Source: Haplodiscus bocki
Taxonomy: Eukaryota
NCBI GenBank assembly: GCA_965655095.1
Contig: OZ296659.1
Span: 66,092,001-66,156,000, forward strand
DNA length: 64,000 nt
Reading direction: 5' to 3'
Position 1 is the stretch's first letter. Each line of letters begins with the position of its first letter. The notes below the pieces were generated by a model. That model was not told the DNA's origin and did no database searches. It worked only from the letters and a program-made list of their open reading frames with translations. Both the position numbers and the translations under genes were made by a program. Positions 13,111 through 25,389 of the stretch are shown here, one piece after another.

Positions 13111-13488
13111 GTTTTCGTTTAGTTTTCCCAAGATATTGGGATGTTTACATAGAAGCTTCAACTTTCCATTGCAGAAAAAAAATTAACAGAGTGCTCCGCG
13201 TAGCATAATTTACATTCATAAAGTTCCCCTCAAAAAACATTAAAAAGTTTTCCGCAAGTAATTTTATTTACTTGTCTTGGGTTTGCAGCGGTTACTAGAC
13301 ATAGTAAATGGAACACATGAACAAATGAGACACAGACACACTCATTATGAGCTTGATGCTTATTCTTTTGTTCGGAGCAACTCAAACACTGTCATTGCAG
13401 AAAATACCGTACGATCGAGTTCGAATGCTGTAACTCATCCTGAAAAAATATGTTTTTTTTCCAAATTGCGTGCTTTTGTTAACTGAAA

Positions 13489-14985
13489 TGTAGCAGCACC
13501 TTTGCGAGGTTTGTGGACAGTCACTTCCTGGGCCGAAGGACATACCAGGCTCGTCGTCAACAAACTAAAAACTCAAGACTGAAAACTTCATACACATATA
13601 ATGCAATAATTTCCATTATTTGTTTGTAAACGATACGCAGTAATTACGTATCGTTCCATAAATTTTACTTCATGGAAAAGCACGTATCCTATACGTGTAT
13701 TTCCGGTGAACTGATCCAGATTGGGACGGAGCAACTACGGAACAAAAGGATATTCATTTACTTTCCCTACTGTATATTTATATTGGTATTAGGTGCTAGT
13801 TTCATAACTAATTAGTATAAAAGTCCACTTTTTCAGTTGATTTGTGTAGTAACTTGAAGCAAGATTGACAGTGTCAACAAGTTTGCTATTATTACAGAGC
13901 GTGACTTTGAAAGTGAAGGCCAAAGTGAGGCGCGAGCTAATAGAAATGTGGAACGGACTGGGAAAAAGCTTAGTTTTGTTCCCAGCAATGGTCATAATCG
14001 ATGCAATATGTAAACACATGTAAACATGAAGTACATACATCCTTCATATGTACTTTATTTTATGCATTTTCTTTATTTTTTCGGTGCTTTTTTAGTAATT
14101 TCCTCTCATGGAAAACCTGTGTGATCTTTTGTTTATGTTATTATTTCTTGTGTCGGCGCTGGAATAGCCACTTTGATGTCCATTTCTGACGAATTAGACC
14201 CGTACCTTATCCGTCGAAAGATGCAAAAGACGAGGTCTATGAAGGAAGAAATGGACGGAGAGGTGTTTATTTACCGCCAGAGTCGGCATTTTTCCTTTAT
14301 AGACAATATGATTAAAGTACTTTCCTCCTGTTTGTACCTTGAACTGGCTTGTAAACATTTATGTTTCCCGCCAAGAAAGAGGTATAGATAGGAGAAACGA
14401 AAGTACTAATATTATTATATAAATTTGCAGCCTTTGGTATTACACTCATTTCTTGAAGTCAATAACTGTTTGCTTTCATTGAAACTTTTCCCTCATAATA
14501 AGAGGAGATATTCGCCTTTGTTATAAAATTAAAAAACCCAATTCAGTCTTCACAACTGACAGAACTTGTCCCTCAGAATCATGGCAACTCTGAGGAATAA
14601 GAGGAAATTAGCGGCAGTTTCGAGAGAAACACCCAAAAATACAAGAACAGTCAGTCGCAAAACACACTTGATCCAGGAATGGCTCAAGAGTAAATCCCGC
14701 AGGTTTCTGAAGAGATTGAAGGGAGGTTAACTAAAAAACTCTCCAAAGAATGCAGCCGTACGGAGTCACGTATTTTGGGTGCTTTGTCTAAGCCCGATGA
14801 ATTTCTTCTGAACCCACAAGTTCGGACTTGTTCCGTAGCTGTTCCGGGAACATCCAGGAAAAACGACTCAGAAAACCGGGAACCCACTGGGGATCGGTCC
14901 CTAGGCGATCCCTGACCCGAAGCGGTGTTCTCTACCTACAACTGTAGTAATTTAAAGGATTCAGAGCAGGAAGAGACTCATCACA
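13489..14985 (+). mobile_element. Solo LTR, family A (1,497 bp), with internal ORF from ATG 14581 (MATLRNKRKLAAVSRETP...)
   Basis: TGTAG...TCACA termini; flanks TGAAA/TGAAC (4/5 TSD match); lacks ~190 bp present at ~10865-11055 in the other copy. Confidence 0.9.
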
Positions 14986-15352
14986 TGAACTTTTAAGAAC
15001 CGTGAACGTTTTTCAAACACAGTTGTTTCATCTTTTGGAAATGCTGTACCAAAATCCAACTTGAGTTCAGATGCCAGCGTACCAAAGTAATTGATTTTAT
15101 TATTCTTTTCCATATCATGAAAAAGGTTCCCTGACGATTTGCATGGATTCAATAGAGCTGCAGCATTTTCACTACTGGAAAGGTTTTGTAATGTTTCTCC
15201 TTTTCTCTGAAACGTACTTCAGACACGACCAAACGTGATAAATAATATTACATTTTTCGGGCGTTTGAGACCTGATAGGGTGCTCACTTTTGAGGAATGT
15301 TCCAAGTTTCATCAAATGTTTCAGCACCTTGTACATTTCTTGCAGAAGCCCA

Positions 15353-17099
15353 CCCGGGTCGAAATAATGGCCGAAATTTTTCCGGTATAAGGGCGTTAAC
15401 GGCGGTCAAAATTAGCCACAGAAGCCGTTATTAACCGGAAAAATAGCGGCGTTAACGGCGTTTTTTTGTCGGTATAAAGGCGTTAACGGCGTTTAACCGG
15501 AAAAAATAGCGGCGTTAACGGCGTTTTTTTTGTCGGTATAAAGGCGTTAACGGCGTTTTACTTGTCGGTATAAAGGCGTTAACGGCGTTTTTTTGTCGGT
15601 ATAAAGGCGTTAACGGCGTTTAACCGGAAAAATAGCGGCGTTTTTTTGTCGGTATAAAGGCGTTAACGGCGTTTAACCAGAAAAATAGCGGCGTTTTTCT
15701 GTCGGTATAAAGGCGTTAACGGCGTTTAACCGGAAAAATAGCGGCGTTAACGGCGTTTAACCGAAAAAATAGCGGCGTTAAAACGGAAAAATAGCGGCGT
15801 TAACGGCGTTTAACCGGGAAAACAGCAGCGTTAACGGCGTTTCCGCTGATGTACCAGTAAATTGCTGGCCAAACTGAACATGGATCATGTAAGCAGGAAG
15901 AAATAAATTGAAGCAAACTTGAAAAAAGCATTCAGATTCAAACTGTTGGAACTTTGCAAGACTAGAACTAAGAAGTCAAGTCCGGATATGTTCAACCTTT
16001 ATGTAGTCTTGACTAGTCATGACACGGTTACTGACGTTGGCAGGGCTTCCACTTTTAGGCGCATTTTCAACTCCCGTTCATTACAAACGAAAAGTACAAA
16101 AAATGAAGGACCTTCCGAAAACATGGGTTTTAACGGAAAACCAGTTTGAATATTTCAGACGGTATAAAGAACAGAAACAATATTCTTGAACTTTCAGAAA
16201 AAACCCAATGGAAAACAAAGAACCCTACATGTGTCAATCGATCATGGCCCTCGTAAACAGTAAGGGTTAAAATAGAAAAAAACTTGAAAGAAAGAGAATC
16301 AAGATGAAAACCATTGGAAGTTTGCAAAACTAGAACTAAGAAGTCAAGTCTTGACATGCTCAACTTTTACGTAATCTCAATTAGTCATGACATGGTCAAT
16401 CATACTGACAGTTCTACCACGTGCCCGAGCAAATTCAAAGCTCCACCAACAAAAACAAAATTACAAAATGTGAAGCTCCTTCCGAAAACATGGGTTGCAC
16501 CAAATAACCCTTTGACGATTTCAGACCCAAAATTCAAAATTTTAAATTTGGGCATTAGAGAACAAAACGAAGGAACCACAAGACCCCAGAGGCAACAAAT
16601 GGAGATGAACCTTGTAACCAGGAAGAAATAAACTAAAATTAGTTTGAGAGAGGCATCCAAGTTAAAACTGTCAAAACTTCTGCAAGACTCCAACTAGTCT
16701 AGTAGTAAAATGAACTCTTTTGTACACTTGTTTGGCTGTGGCACGTTCAATGACACTATCAATACCGCCAGGTGCAGGCCCAGACTCCGGTCCCCTGCCG
16801 TTCTCCCACACTTTCGACGAAATATGCTCTAAAAGCTTCGTAATCTTTTGTCAAGTAAATGATTGACCGTGAGTTTCTCATTCTTCATGGAGTGAGAAAA
16901 TCAGTTTTTTGAAGACACAAGTTTTTTCTGGTATAACAGCGTTAACGGTATTCCTTGTCGGTATAAAGGCGTTAACGGCGTTTTTTTTGTCGGTATAAAG
17001 GCGTTAACGGCGTTTTGCTTGTAAGTTAACGGCGTTAGCGGCGTTAACGCCGCTATACCGGAAAAATAGCGGCGTTTTCCCAAAAAAGTTCGACCCGGG
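15353..17099. mobile_element. Non-autonomous EnSpm/CACTA (CMC)-type DNA transposon
   Basis: 11-bp TIR CCCGGGTCGAA / TTCGACCCGGG; 2-bp TSD CA; subterminal arrays of GGCGTTAACGGCG repeats at both ends; no transposase. Confidence 0.82.
15385..15842. repeat. Subterminal tandem array (GTCGGTATAAAGGCGTTAACGGCGTTT / CCGGAAAAATAGCGGCGTTAACGGCG)
   Basis: Many interleaved copies of two related units; a shorter array lies at ~16928-17078. Confidence 0.95.
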
Positions 17100-17701
17100 C
17101 ACCCATTAAGGCAGAATAATTTACAAAACTTGATGGTTGAGCAATAATTTCAGCGAACTTATTCAACTTTCAAGTAAGAAATTCAACTTGTGGAAAATGG
17201 CTTGCCGCGGTTAATTGACATAATATCTGAGAGACATGGACAAATGAAACATATTGATGGAAGAGATAAGGAATAAGGTTGGCTATGTTGTGTTAGGACA
17301 AAGTCTAGGCTGTTAAATAGACTTTCACAAAAAAATTGTTCAAGAATCTGACGACACTGACGACATGCGAACATCTACTGGCGACTAGCGAAACTGGCGA
17401 TGAAGGGCTTACTCCCGGCGCTCTGCTACAACAACCTGCGAGTTTTATGCGGCGTCGGTTATGACTTGTCATGCTGGTTATGACTTATCATGCTAATGCG
17501 TGTCACTTTCGTGCATAACCGCGGAATTTCAATCAATATAATTACGCGGAAATTGGCGATTTCACGCAACGAAGAAATTCAGCTATCCTACCAATTGGTG
17601 TTATTCAGTTATATGTTTTGCTTGCTCGCAGCTTGTATGAGCAGGGCCTGAAATTTAATTGGCTGACACTGGCGTCGAATTGAGCATCACGCATTGCTGA
17701 C

Positions 17702-18000
17702 TGTCGGAACGTTGACCCGACGATCTCGACCGTTCGGATGCCACGTTCCCTTCACTCGATCGGTTAGAACTTCTCTCGCTAAGTTCCCTTACCGACTGGA
17801 TCAGCGTTTTCAATTGTGTGGCGAGTGAGGAAACAATCGTGTTTATTCTCTTATCGACTTCGCTCGACACTATCTTTCGTTCTAATAGTTGGGGTTGTAA
17901 GTTATCCTCAAAATCACTAGCTGACTCTGCCGAAATGTGTGCATCACCAACCTCAACAATCTGCCAAGTTGGTGTTCTTTTTTATCAGAACTGTTAACTT
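17702..18000 (-). mobile_element. 3' part of an LTR (family C) containing ORF ...KRINTIVSSLATQLKTLIQSVRELS...SGQRSD
   Basis: Ends TCCGACA like family B, with a similar coiled-coil motif; the 5' end was not found. Confidence 0.55.
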
Positions 18001-18299
18001 CTAGGATGAGAGAAAGGAAAAATTGCGTTTAAGTTCCATTTAGGTTTTTCAATTGAGAGCATCGAGATTAAACATCCAAAAAATTTATTTACAAAAGTCG
18101 ATATTATGTAGTTAATTGCGAATGTATTGGTTTTATATTCGGGTGTCGTGTACTCTCTATGACTGGCAGTTGCGTACTACCACGCGTTTTGGCCTCTAAA
18201 AAAGTATAATTGTATTTCGTAACCGCGTTATCACCTGCTTGTTGGCTTCCAAAAATACTAATTTTCACACCTCACTTTAGCACCTTTTCCAAACAAATT

Positions 18300-19410
18300 A
18301 GTTAACGTACTGTTGACGATTTCGGTACAACATTGTGTTGGTGAAAGTATTGGATTTTCAATAAATGGTTTAAAAAATCTTCTGCGACGTTTTTTACAAT
18401 TCTACATACAAAATGCACCAATCAATTTATGATTTTGAGTTTTTGGGTTCATTTTAGTCTGTCCCTAAAAATTGACAGCACTATCGAGTGTTGTTGATCA
18501 AAACTCGTCCGATATTAATGAAAACTATTTCTTTAGTTCTTGTTCAATAATCTCGTCCCTTTCCGTTGCTTTCGTTGTAAAATGCGCTGGCCTATTTTAT
18601 AAATTTCATTTGAACTGTCCACCTAAGTAGATCGGTACGCGCATTCTTGGGACGTGAAATTCGTGTTCAAATTATATATTTCGTTTTGTAAAATCTACTG
18701 TACGCGTACACGTGTCTGAATCAAGACGCGCACATTGCAGTGTTAAAATTGTTCCAATTTCATATCTCTTTTCAGCGGAAGACTTCTTCGCTTCCGTACC
18801 CGAAAAAATCCGAAATGTAACTTGGGAGTAATAACGTCTTTCATTTATTCGTCCACGTGCTGCGATCAGTACCTGGTGCTGTAAAATCCGTTGTTTCATC
18901 CGTCAATATTGGTTAAGGGCGTGTCCGGTCTTGTTCCATTGACTATTTTGGGAGTAGGTGTTTCAGCTCAATCAGTTGGTGTTTCTCTCCGCATCCAATT
19001 CTGTTTATCATATTTTTTAGTCGCATTCATATCCTGTGGAAGGAAAGTACTAGAGCATACTGGCTCTTCTATCGGTTCATACAGGTTAATGCTTTAAATT
19101 TCTAACTGTAAGGTTATACTAGATAGATTAGTGGCGTCATAATAGGACATAGAGTAGTTGCATATTGTCACTTTTGTAGATGTTTTTTCTTCATGCTAGC
19201 ATGACATTCCTTTTCCTCCAGAAAAATAGTGGAGATGCAAAGTCCAGTGTTGCATGGGGGCTGATTTATAAAGACTTATCACCGGACCTTCGTTGGATCT
19301 CAGGAGCGAGGTAGTTCCTTCGCTTCTTATCATTTTCATTGGAGGGGAAAAATCTTTTACTTTCTACACCAGGTAGTGGAGTAGATTTTGAGTGCCATTC
19401 GGCGCCATCT
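18300..19410 (-). pseudogene. Probable Gypsy gag relic
   Basis: Fragments NLYEPIEEP, FSGTEAKK and KRNI*FEHEF resemble Gypsy gag N-terminal motifs; very decayed. Confidence 0.35.
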
Positions 19411-19938
19411 TGTCTCTGTCAACATTGCTGTTTGGCTCCACGCAGCTGTCGTTTATTCCAGTTTGTTGATGGCACTTATCTGAAAATTGGAAAAGAATGC
19501 GATTTTCTCTTTTTCTAGCCAATGGATGAGAGAACCGTGCAAAGGCTGACTGTCAGTCAAACGATTCTTGAAGTAAAAGGCGGAAAAAAAATGAGATTAG
19601 TTTTGTGTTAAATTTGACAAAGGGGTCTGTAACACATTACAAACAGTCAAACACGACATTGCCAGGCAGAGGACAGCGGAAAAAGCCATTGTATTCAGAA
19701 GTGCAAAAACTTGAACACACCGGTTTCCTTGTTGGGCTCAAGAAAAGCAAGGAATCGTTCCTCGATTGTCTAAGACTCAACATTTTGAGCTAAGTCTCAC
19801 TAAATGTAGACTCAAATACCTTTCTGTTTGTCATCCGTCTTGTGGATTTGGAATCTAGTGAGTTCCAAGAATAACTTCCTGAGGAAAAACCATTCAAAAA
19901 CTTACACTGCGTCAGTTTTTTTGGTTTTTTTTCAAGGA

Positions 19939-20875
19939 AGTAGTTACAATATTCGCATTTGAGGCCAAACGCGACGACGCACTACATCCAAAAAAGCTGC
20001 GGCCAGAGACATTATGAAAAAAAAATAAATTATGACGCAGACGTAAGATTTTAATAGCTATTTTACGTCAATTGGGGTTCACAGGAAATCACAAAATTTA
20101 TGCAAATGTATACTAAGTCAAAGAACGTGCACAGGATTGATGAAAAATCAGTAAAAAAAGACTTGACTTACCCGTTTTTTTCCACAGTATGGAAAAATCT
20201 TTAATAACAAAATTGTGGAAGCATTAGTAAAATGAATTTGCACGTCTATTTCTACGTCTATGCCAGATTGAAAAACTACCACTACCACATACCTATGTTT
20301 CATTTATTTTCTAGTTTCTCTCTCTTTATCTCGCCTCCCGCTTGTTGAATGATATATGAATGACAACGATAGATGTTGAGGCTTAGCTGGAGTGTTTGGA
20401 GTTCACTCCCCAATAACACGTATCCCCAGTCTTTCTCATACATTACCTGTGATTCTCCGAGAGAAACTGTCTTGCCATTACCTTGGTACAGATGGGGAAC
20501 TAGCGCCAGGAATGCTTGCACGGACTTGGAAGTTGGCAAGCAAGTTTTTTGCAAATTTTGTCAGGAAAATTGTTTTTACAAAACTTTGTTCTGAACTGTG
20601 CATCAAAGGGAATACACAGCAACAGTAAAAAATTGAAAATTTAAAAACTTCAAAGATAGTTACTATGCAAGATTGTTTTTACAAAAATTTTTCTGAATAT
20701 AATATAACAGCAGGCTCACAAAACCAAAAGTCACTCACGTAGAAAGTTGGTCACAGGAGTTTTTGTTGTTTTTATGAGTTAAAAATCTAGCAAAATATCT
20801 CGCATTTCTTTCTCCTCGTAAATTATAAATTTTAGATTTACCATTGTTTTTGAAATTTTTCGTCTTTTGAATATT
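19939..20875 (-). repeat. Polinton left TIR
   Basis: Reverse complement of 35720-36315, 43975-44918 and 53745-54675 (e.g. gtagtgcgtcgtcgcgt.tggcctcaaa.gcgaatattgtaactact). Confidence 0.92.
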
Positions 20876-21390
20876 CTCTTTTTATATAACCTTTTACTAG
20901 AACTAATTCCAAGATATACCTTCAGTGTCCTTCGAATAGTTACGTTTTCCAACAGAACTATTTTTTCTGTTTTATTTGAATTGAAATTTCTGGGTTTTTG
21001 AAACCGAGAAATGAACAGCAAAACAAAAGAGAAAAATAAACAAATGCAGAATGATGAAGGTGATGGCTAACATAATGATGAAGAAATAGTGCTGGAAAAA
21101 TAACGATTTTCAACAATCCCTCTGCTATATCTGACTGGAGATATTCAAAAAGATATTGGATTTCTTCAAAGAGCTGTTAAAATTAACCGTATGGCTATCG
21201 CCTGGATGTTTTTGATTTTGGTGATTAAAAAAATAGTGTTAGAAGCCACAACCCAATTATAAAGCTTTTAGATTTCCTGATAGCAGATGGAGAAAAAAAA
21301 AGCTTCGTCGGCAAATCAATAGTATCCTGAAATTGTTTCTCAAACCGACTATGGTTGTGAAAATCTTACACACATAGCTGTCAGGAAAAA

Positions 21391-21882
21391 CTAATTTTTA
21401 CAGATAACGCATTTTAACAAATCATAATCACTTTTATTTTGTTAACAATGTTCACAAAGACACTGATGACCACACAGTCGAAACACAAAAAAGCTAGGAT
21501 GTTCTAGACATATAACACATTTTTGATTAAAAATCCATACAACTTCGTTGCATCCATTGCAAAAGTCTGGTCTAAACAATGTTTCTTGTTGAGCCCACCA
21601 TTGTTCAAAGTGTCTTTGAGTTCTCCATATATCTTCATCCTCGTCGTTATCTCCGACTTCATCCGAGTAGTATAGATGGATTAGAAAATGCTCTACTTCA
21701 TTGCATACTTTTTCAACACATCTGAAAGCAAGATAATCAAACGGGTTCGGACTATCCACTGTGTTTTTTAATAAGGTTTCTTCTTCAATTTTATCGTTGT
21801 CAAAATTTTTACAACGGTCTGATAAGAAACATGTGTATTTTTTTCCGTAAGTTTCAGTTGTGGGACTCATGTTATTACCCAT
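21391..21882 (-). pseudogene. Polinton accessory RING-HC (C3HC4) protein with one internal stop
   Basis: MGNNMSPTT...KCVICLEHPSFFVFRLCGHQCLCEHC*QNKSDYDLLKCVICKN*; reading through the TAA at 21442-21444 in frame completes the RING. Confidence 0.85.
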
Positions 21883-21903
21883 GAGAGAAAGAAAATCCAC
21901 AAT

Positions 21904-22260
21904 TCAATCTTTTATATAATATTTTATAATCTCAAAACCCGAAAAGTAAACATGTTTTGATGACGTATGCTCTGGATTTGTAATACCTACTAAAAGAAAT
22001 GTTCCATCACATCCTACATCGACTTTAACTCCCAATTCGTCTGTAATTTTACAGAGTCGTCGTGATAAACCAATGGAAATCTTTTTAGATTGAAAACAAA
22101 GAAATGGTTCTTTAGTAAAAAAAAATAAACCAGCCAAGATAAAATTGTGCATACAAAATAAACAATAGAACGAATATGCTTGAAAATGTGTCAAATTTTT
22201 TGTCGCTTCGCTCAGCAAACATGTCAACTACGTCGACCGTATGCAAAACATGCATGTCAA
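21904..22260 (-). pseudogene. Small hypothetical Polinton ORF (probably frameshifted)
   Basis: Overlapping ORFs 21904-22227 and 22112-22348, co-oriented with the RING gene; no recognisable domain. Confidence 0.35.
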
Positions 22261-22399
22261 TTTTGTCGACACCACAAAGGAGCAGAATAAACACTTTAAA
22301 GTATTTTTTCTTTAAATTGTTTTTATTTAAAAACCTAACTGAGTGCAAAGCAATCTTTTTGTGTAAGTTAAAATTACCTTTTTTTCAAATAGTTTCCTA

Positions 22400-22760
22400 A
22401 AACTGGTAATTTTGACGCAAATTTAATACTACGACAATACAAACCAGATCTATTGTCCAGGTGTTTGGAGCATAAATCTATCAATCCCAAAAGAAAACAA
22501 GATCAAATAGAAAATGACTTAGGTTTTTCAAATCCTACTTTAGAACACTATAGACATGATATGTAAACGAAAAGTCCTTATAAATCAATTGTTCCCAAAA
22601 GAACCCAAAAGACCTCAAATGATGATTCCAAAACACCTCAAATGACCTCAAAGGAACCTGTGATTGATTATGCGAGAATAAAAGTGAAATGAAAAGTGGT
22701 AATTTATGTGACAACCATAGTCATGGAAGTGCTCTTATTGAACAAGCTTTCTCATAATAG
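22400..22760 (+). pseudogene. Small HTH-like protein relic
   Basis: GNFDANLILRQYKPDLL...KQDQIENDLGFSNPTLEHYRHDM resembles the QxxIAxxLGxSxxTL HTH pattern. Confidence 0.45.
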
Positions 22761-23299
22761 CACATTTTATGTCTGTTACAGGCGGAATGCGTAGAAATTT
22801 GAAAAAAAAGAATTCTAAGATACAAAATGAATTATCACATATCATTGAAAAATACAATGAAGAAACACTTGGGACGCAATTGAAAAGAAGACAGAACATT
22901 TTAATTCAAAGTAAAGTCTTTGAACAAGCAACAAATATAACGGGATACACTATTGAAAGTATGGATATAGAAAAAGAAATAAAAGATAATAAAAAAGAGT
23001 TTTTGGAAATTGAAATTGGATTACCATAATCTAAAATTATTGAGGAAAAGAAAAAATTAGGATTGAATGAAATATCAACGGAAAAATTAGTGATAGAATA
23101 TTGGATAGCTTTTATCAGTCGCTCATTATTGGCAAAAAAATCAAAAACGACAAAAGAACTAGAATTATTAAATATAGGTTTCGTTTTGATAATGATTTTT
23201 TTTATGAAACAATTTCGTTATTGTTTTCTATTTGCTTATCCATTTTTGTACTTTTTAGGTTGTTAAATTTTAGCTTATTTTTAATATGATAAATTATGC

Positions 23300-23700
23300 A
23301 GAAATGAATTTCATAGCAACGTCTCTGCAAAAAATGTAGTGCAACATTTGAATCTTAAGCAATTAGAACTCAAAGTAAACGATACTTTCGAAGAAGATGA
23401 GAGAATAACAAAAAATTTTGAACCTTCTAATGATGAACACGTTGTCAACCGGGCACATCAGAATGCAAAAAAATTCCAAAGTAGAGGGGGCCATATATCG
23501 TTTAAAGGAAAAGAATATAAAGGACAATTTTTGCATAACAATCAGAAACAGTCTGATGAAGAGTTTTTGATTGAAAGGGCTGTGAAATCAACTATAGAAA
23601 TGCTTTATGATAAAAGATTACATGATATTTATGATAGTGCGGATGAAGTATGAAAAGATTAAATACTGATTGAAATAGGCAGACCAAATTTGGAGGAACT
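23300..23700 (+). pseudogene. Hypothetical Polinton protein (possible fibre/stalk C-terminus)
   Basis: ORF 23339-23653; EPSNDEHVVNRAHQN loosely resembles the PxxDxDAVNKxYVD stalk motif. Confidence 0.3.
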
Positions 23701-24080
23701 AAATGATGATGTCATTCAATGATTTCAATCGAAAATTTAATTTCAAACATAAACCAACCTCAAAGATAAAAATCAAAAATCAATCAATCTGCAATGATAT
23801 AGACATATACTCAAGAGATGGCCCATTTGAGTCCGATTTTGGAAAGGTAACTTTGCACCCTACAAATAGAACGCACTTGGTTTTATGCATTAATTAAGAT
23901 TACTTCGATTCATATGGTTGTTCGCCTCCTTAAAAACTATCTTGGTTTATTTTCAGCGAAATGGGCATTGTTCATATTCTGACGACGAAATCCAGGGTCT
24001 AGATTCTTTTCGTGCAGTGTTTTGTTTTTACACTACTTGACAAATGTGTTAGGAACAGATTTTAAATCTGCTATCAAACG
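23700..24080 (+). pseudogene. Adenain-like cysteine (maturation) protease
   Basis: GKVTLHPTNRTHLVLCIN*DYFDSYGCSPP...EIQGLDSFRAVFC is a degenerate GxHW...YFDSYG...IQ...CG. Confidence 0.85.
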
Positions 24081-24289
24081 TGTTCGTAACAAGTAATTGA
24101 CGTTACGGAAAATCGCAAATTATAGTAGTGTTATATACGTCAACAGATATAAAGATGATCACTTGCATAGGGAACAAACGCCACCCATTTCAAAACAGAG
24201 GACAATAAACCAAACATTAAAAAGAGAAATGATTCCAATAAAAAACCTTCACAAAAGAATAAACATTTCTTTAACAACAATGTAGGACA

Positions 24290-25355
24290 AAGATTTAAAA
24301 TTTATATCTTATTAAGGGAGTCCTATTTTTATTTAAAAACATACTGATACACTAATTGAACAAACAAAGACAAAACCACAAGAAACATTTGAACTTGAGC
24401 TGAAAAAATTGAATTTCTTTTTCTTCTCTTTCTGAAGAAAGTAATTAGCTAACAGCAGTGACAAGTTTCGAAGCAACAAATTGCGTTTTTATTGAAACTG
24501 GTGAAAAAAAATCAAATTCAACACCAAACTTTTGGACCCCAAACGCTGTTGAAGAAGTAATTAACAAACTAAATGAAATATTATAGCTTAGATCTTAAAA
24601 TGATAATGAGTTACAAATTGAAGAAGTTAATGCAAAAGGGACTAGAACTGAAATAGAAAAGTGTGCATATAATTTAGCAGGTTTTGATCACTTTAAAAGT
24701 GATATATTTGCAGAAACAAGAGGAACAAAATATGATGCTCTCAAATTTGGTCGAAACATTGGCAAAAACCTTTGACAGACAGGTAGATATATTGGATATA
24801 AAGCATATTGCTTGATCAACTAATGCAAACACCCCACCACCAGGAAAATATGAAATTGGGGATCCTAACTTGATGTTATGGTCTTTACTTTTTGATGAGG
24901 TAAAAGTAAAAGTTATAGTTGATGATTTTAGACTATGATCAAATTTAACCACTGATAAAACAACAAAGTTTACTGAAAAATCCTTCTTCTATACCAAATT
25001 AGACTTTACTCCTTCCCCTTTAGGCCCTTCACGCAATATTGAAGACTTCGTTTAAAAAACACCAGCGTCATTTGAAAATAAAAAGCCCATTAATAAAACT
25101 GGAATTGATAAAGTTCAATTAAAAAGTAATTGCATCAATGGAAGCTTTGTCAATGGTGTTCGAGAACCTAATTTGAATAGTTTTGATCTTGATAAACCAC
25201 CCTGTCAGTAAATACACAAAGAACCAAAAATCAAACTTTTCAAAAAAGAATCTGTTTCGTCTCATATAACGTTTTATCTGGAAGATGATGATCACAAAGC
25301 GGTTGATTTTATTGGAGAAATGATAACCTTTGTTTGTCAACTAATCAAAGAATAA
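24290..25355 (+). pseudogene. Minor capsid (penton)-like protein, paralog 1
   Basis: C-terminus TGIDKVQLKSNCINGSFVNGVREPNLNSFDLDKPP...HITFYLEDDDHKAVDFIGEMITFVCQLIKE*, consistent with a Polinton mCP C-terminal jelly-roll; lies within the virion module. Confidence 0.65.
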
Positions 25356-25389
25356 GAAAAAAAGAAAAAAAGAACCTTGACATGGTTAG

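Noticed and set aside
9800-14985. Two long inverted copies as TIRs of one composite transposon
   Set aside because: Each copy has TG...CA ends and its own TSD (CTTCC; TGAAA/TGAAC), so they are independent solo LTR insertions.
15385-15842. CRISPR-like array
   Set aside because: No unique spacers and no cas genes; eukaryotic context; explained as EnSpm subterminal repeats.
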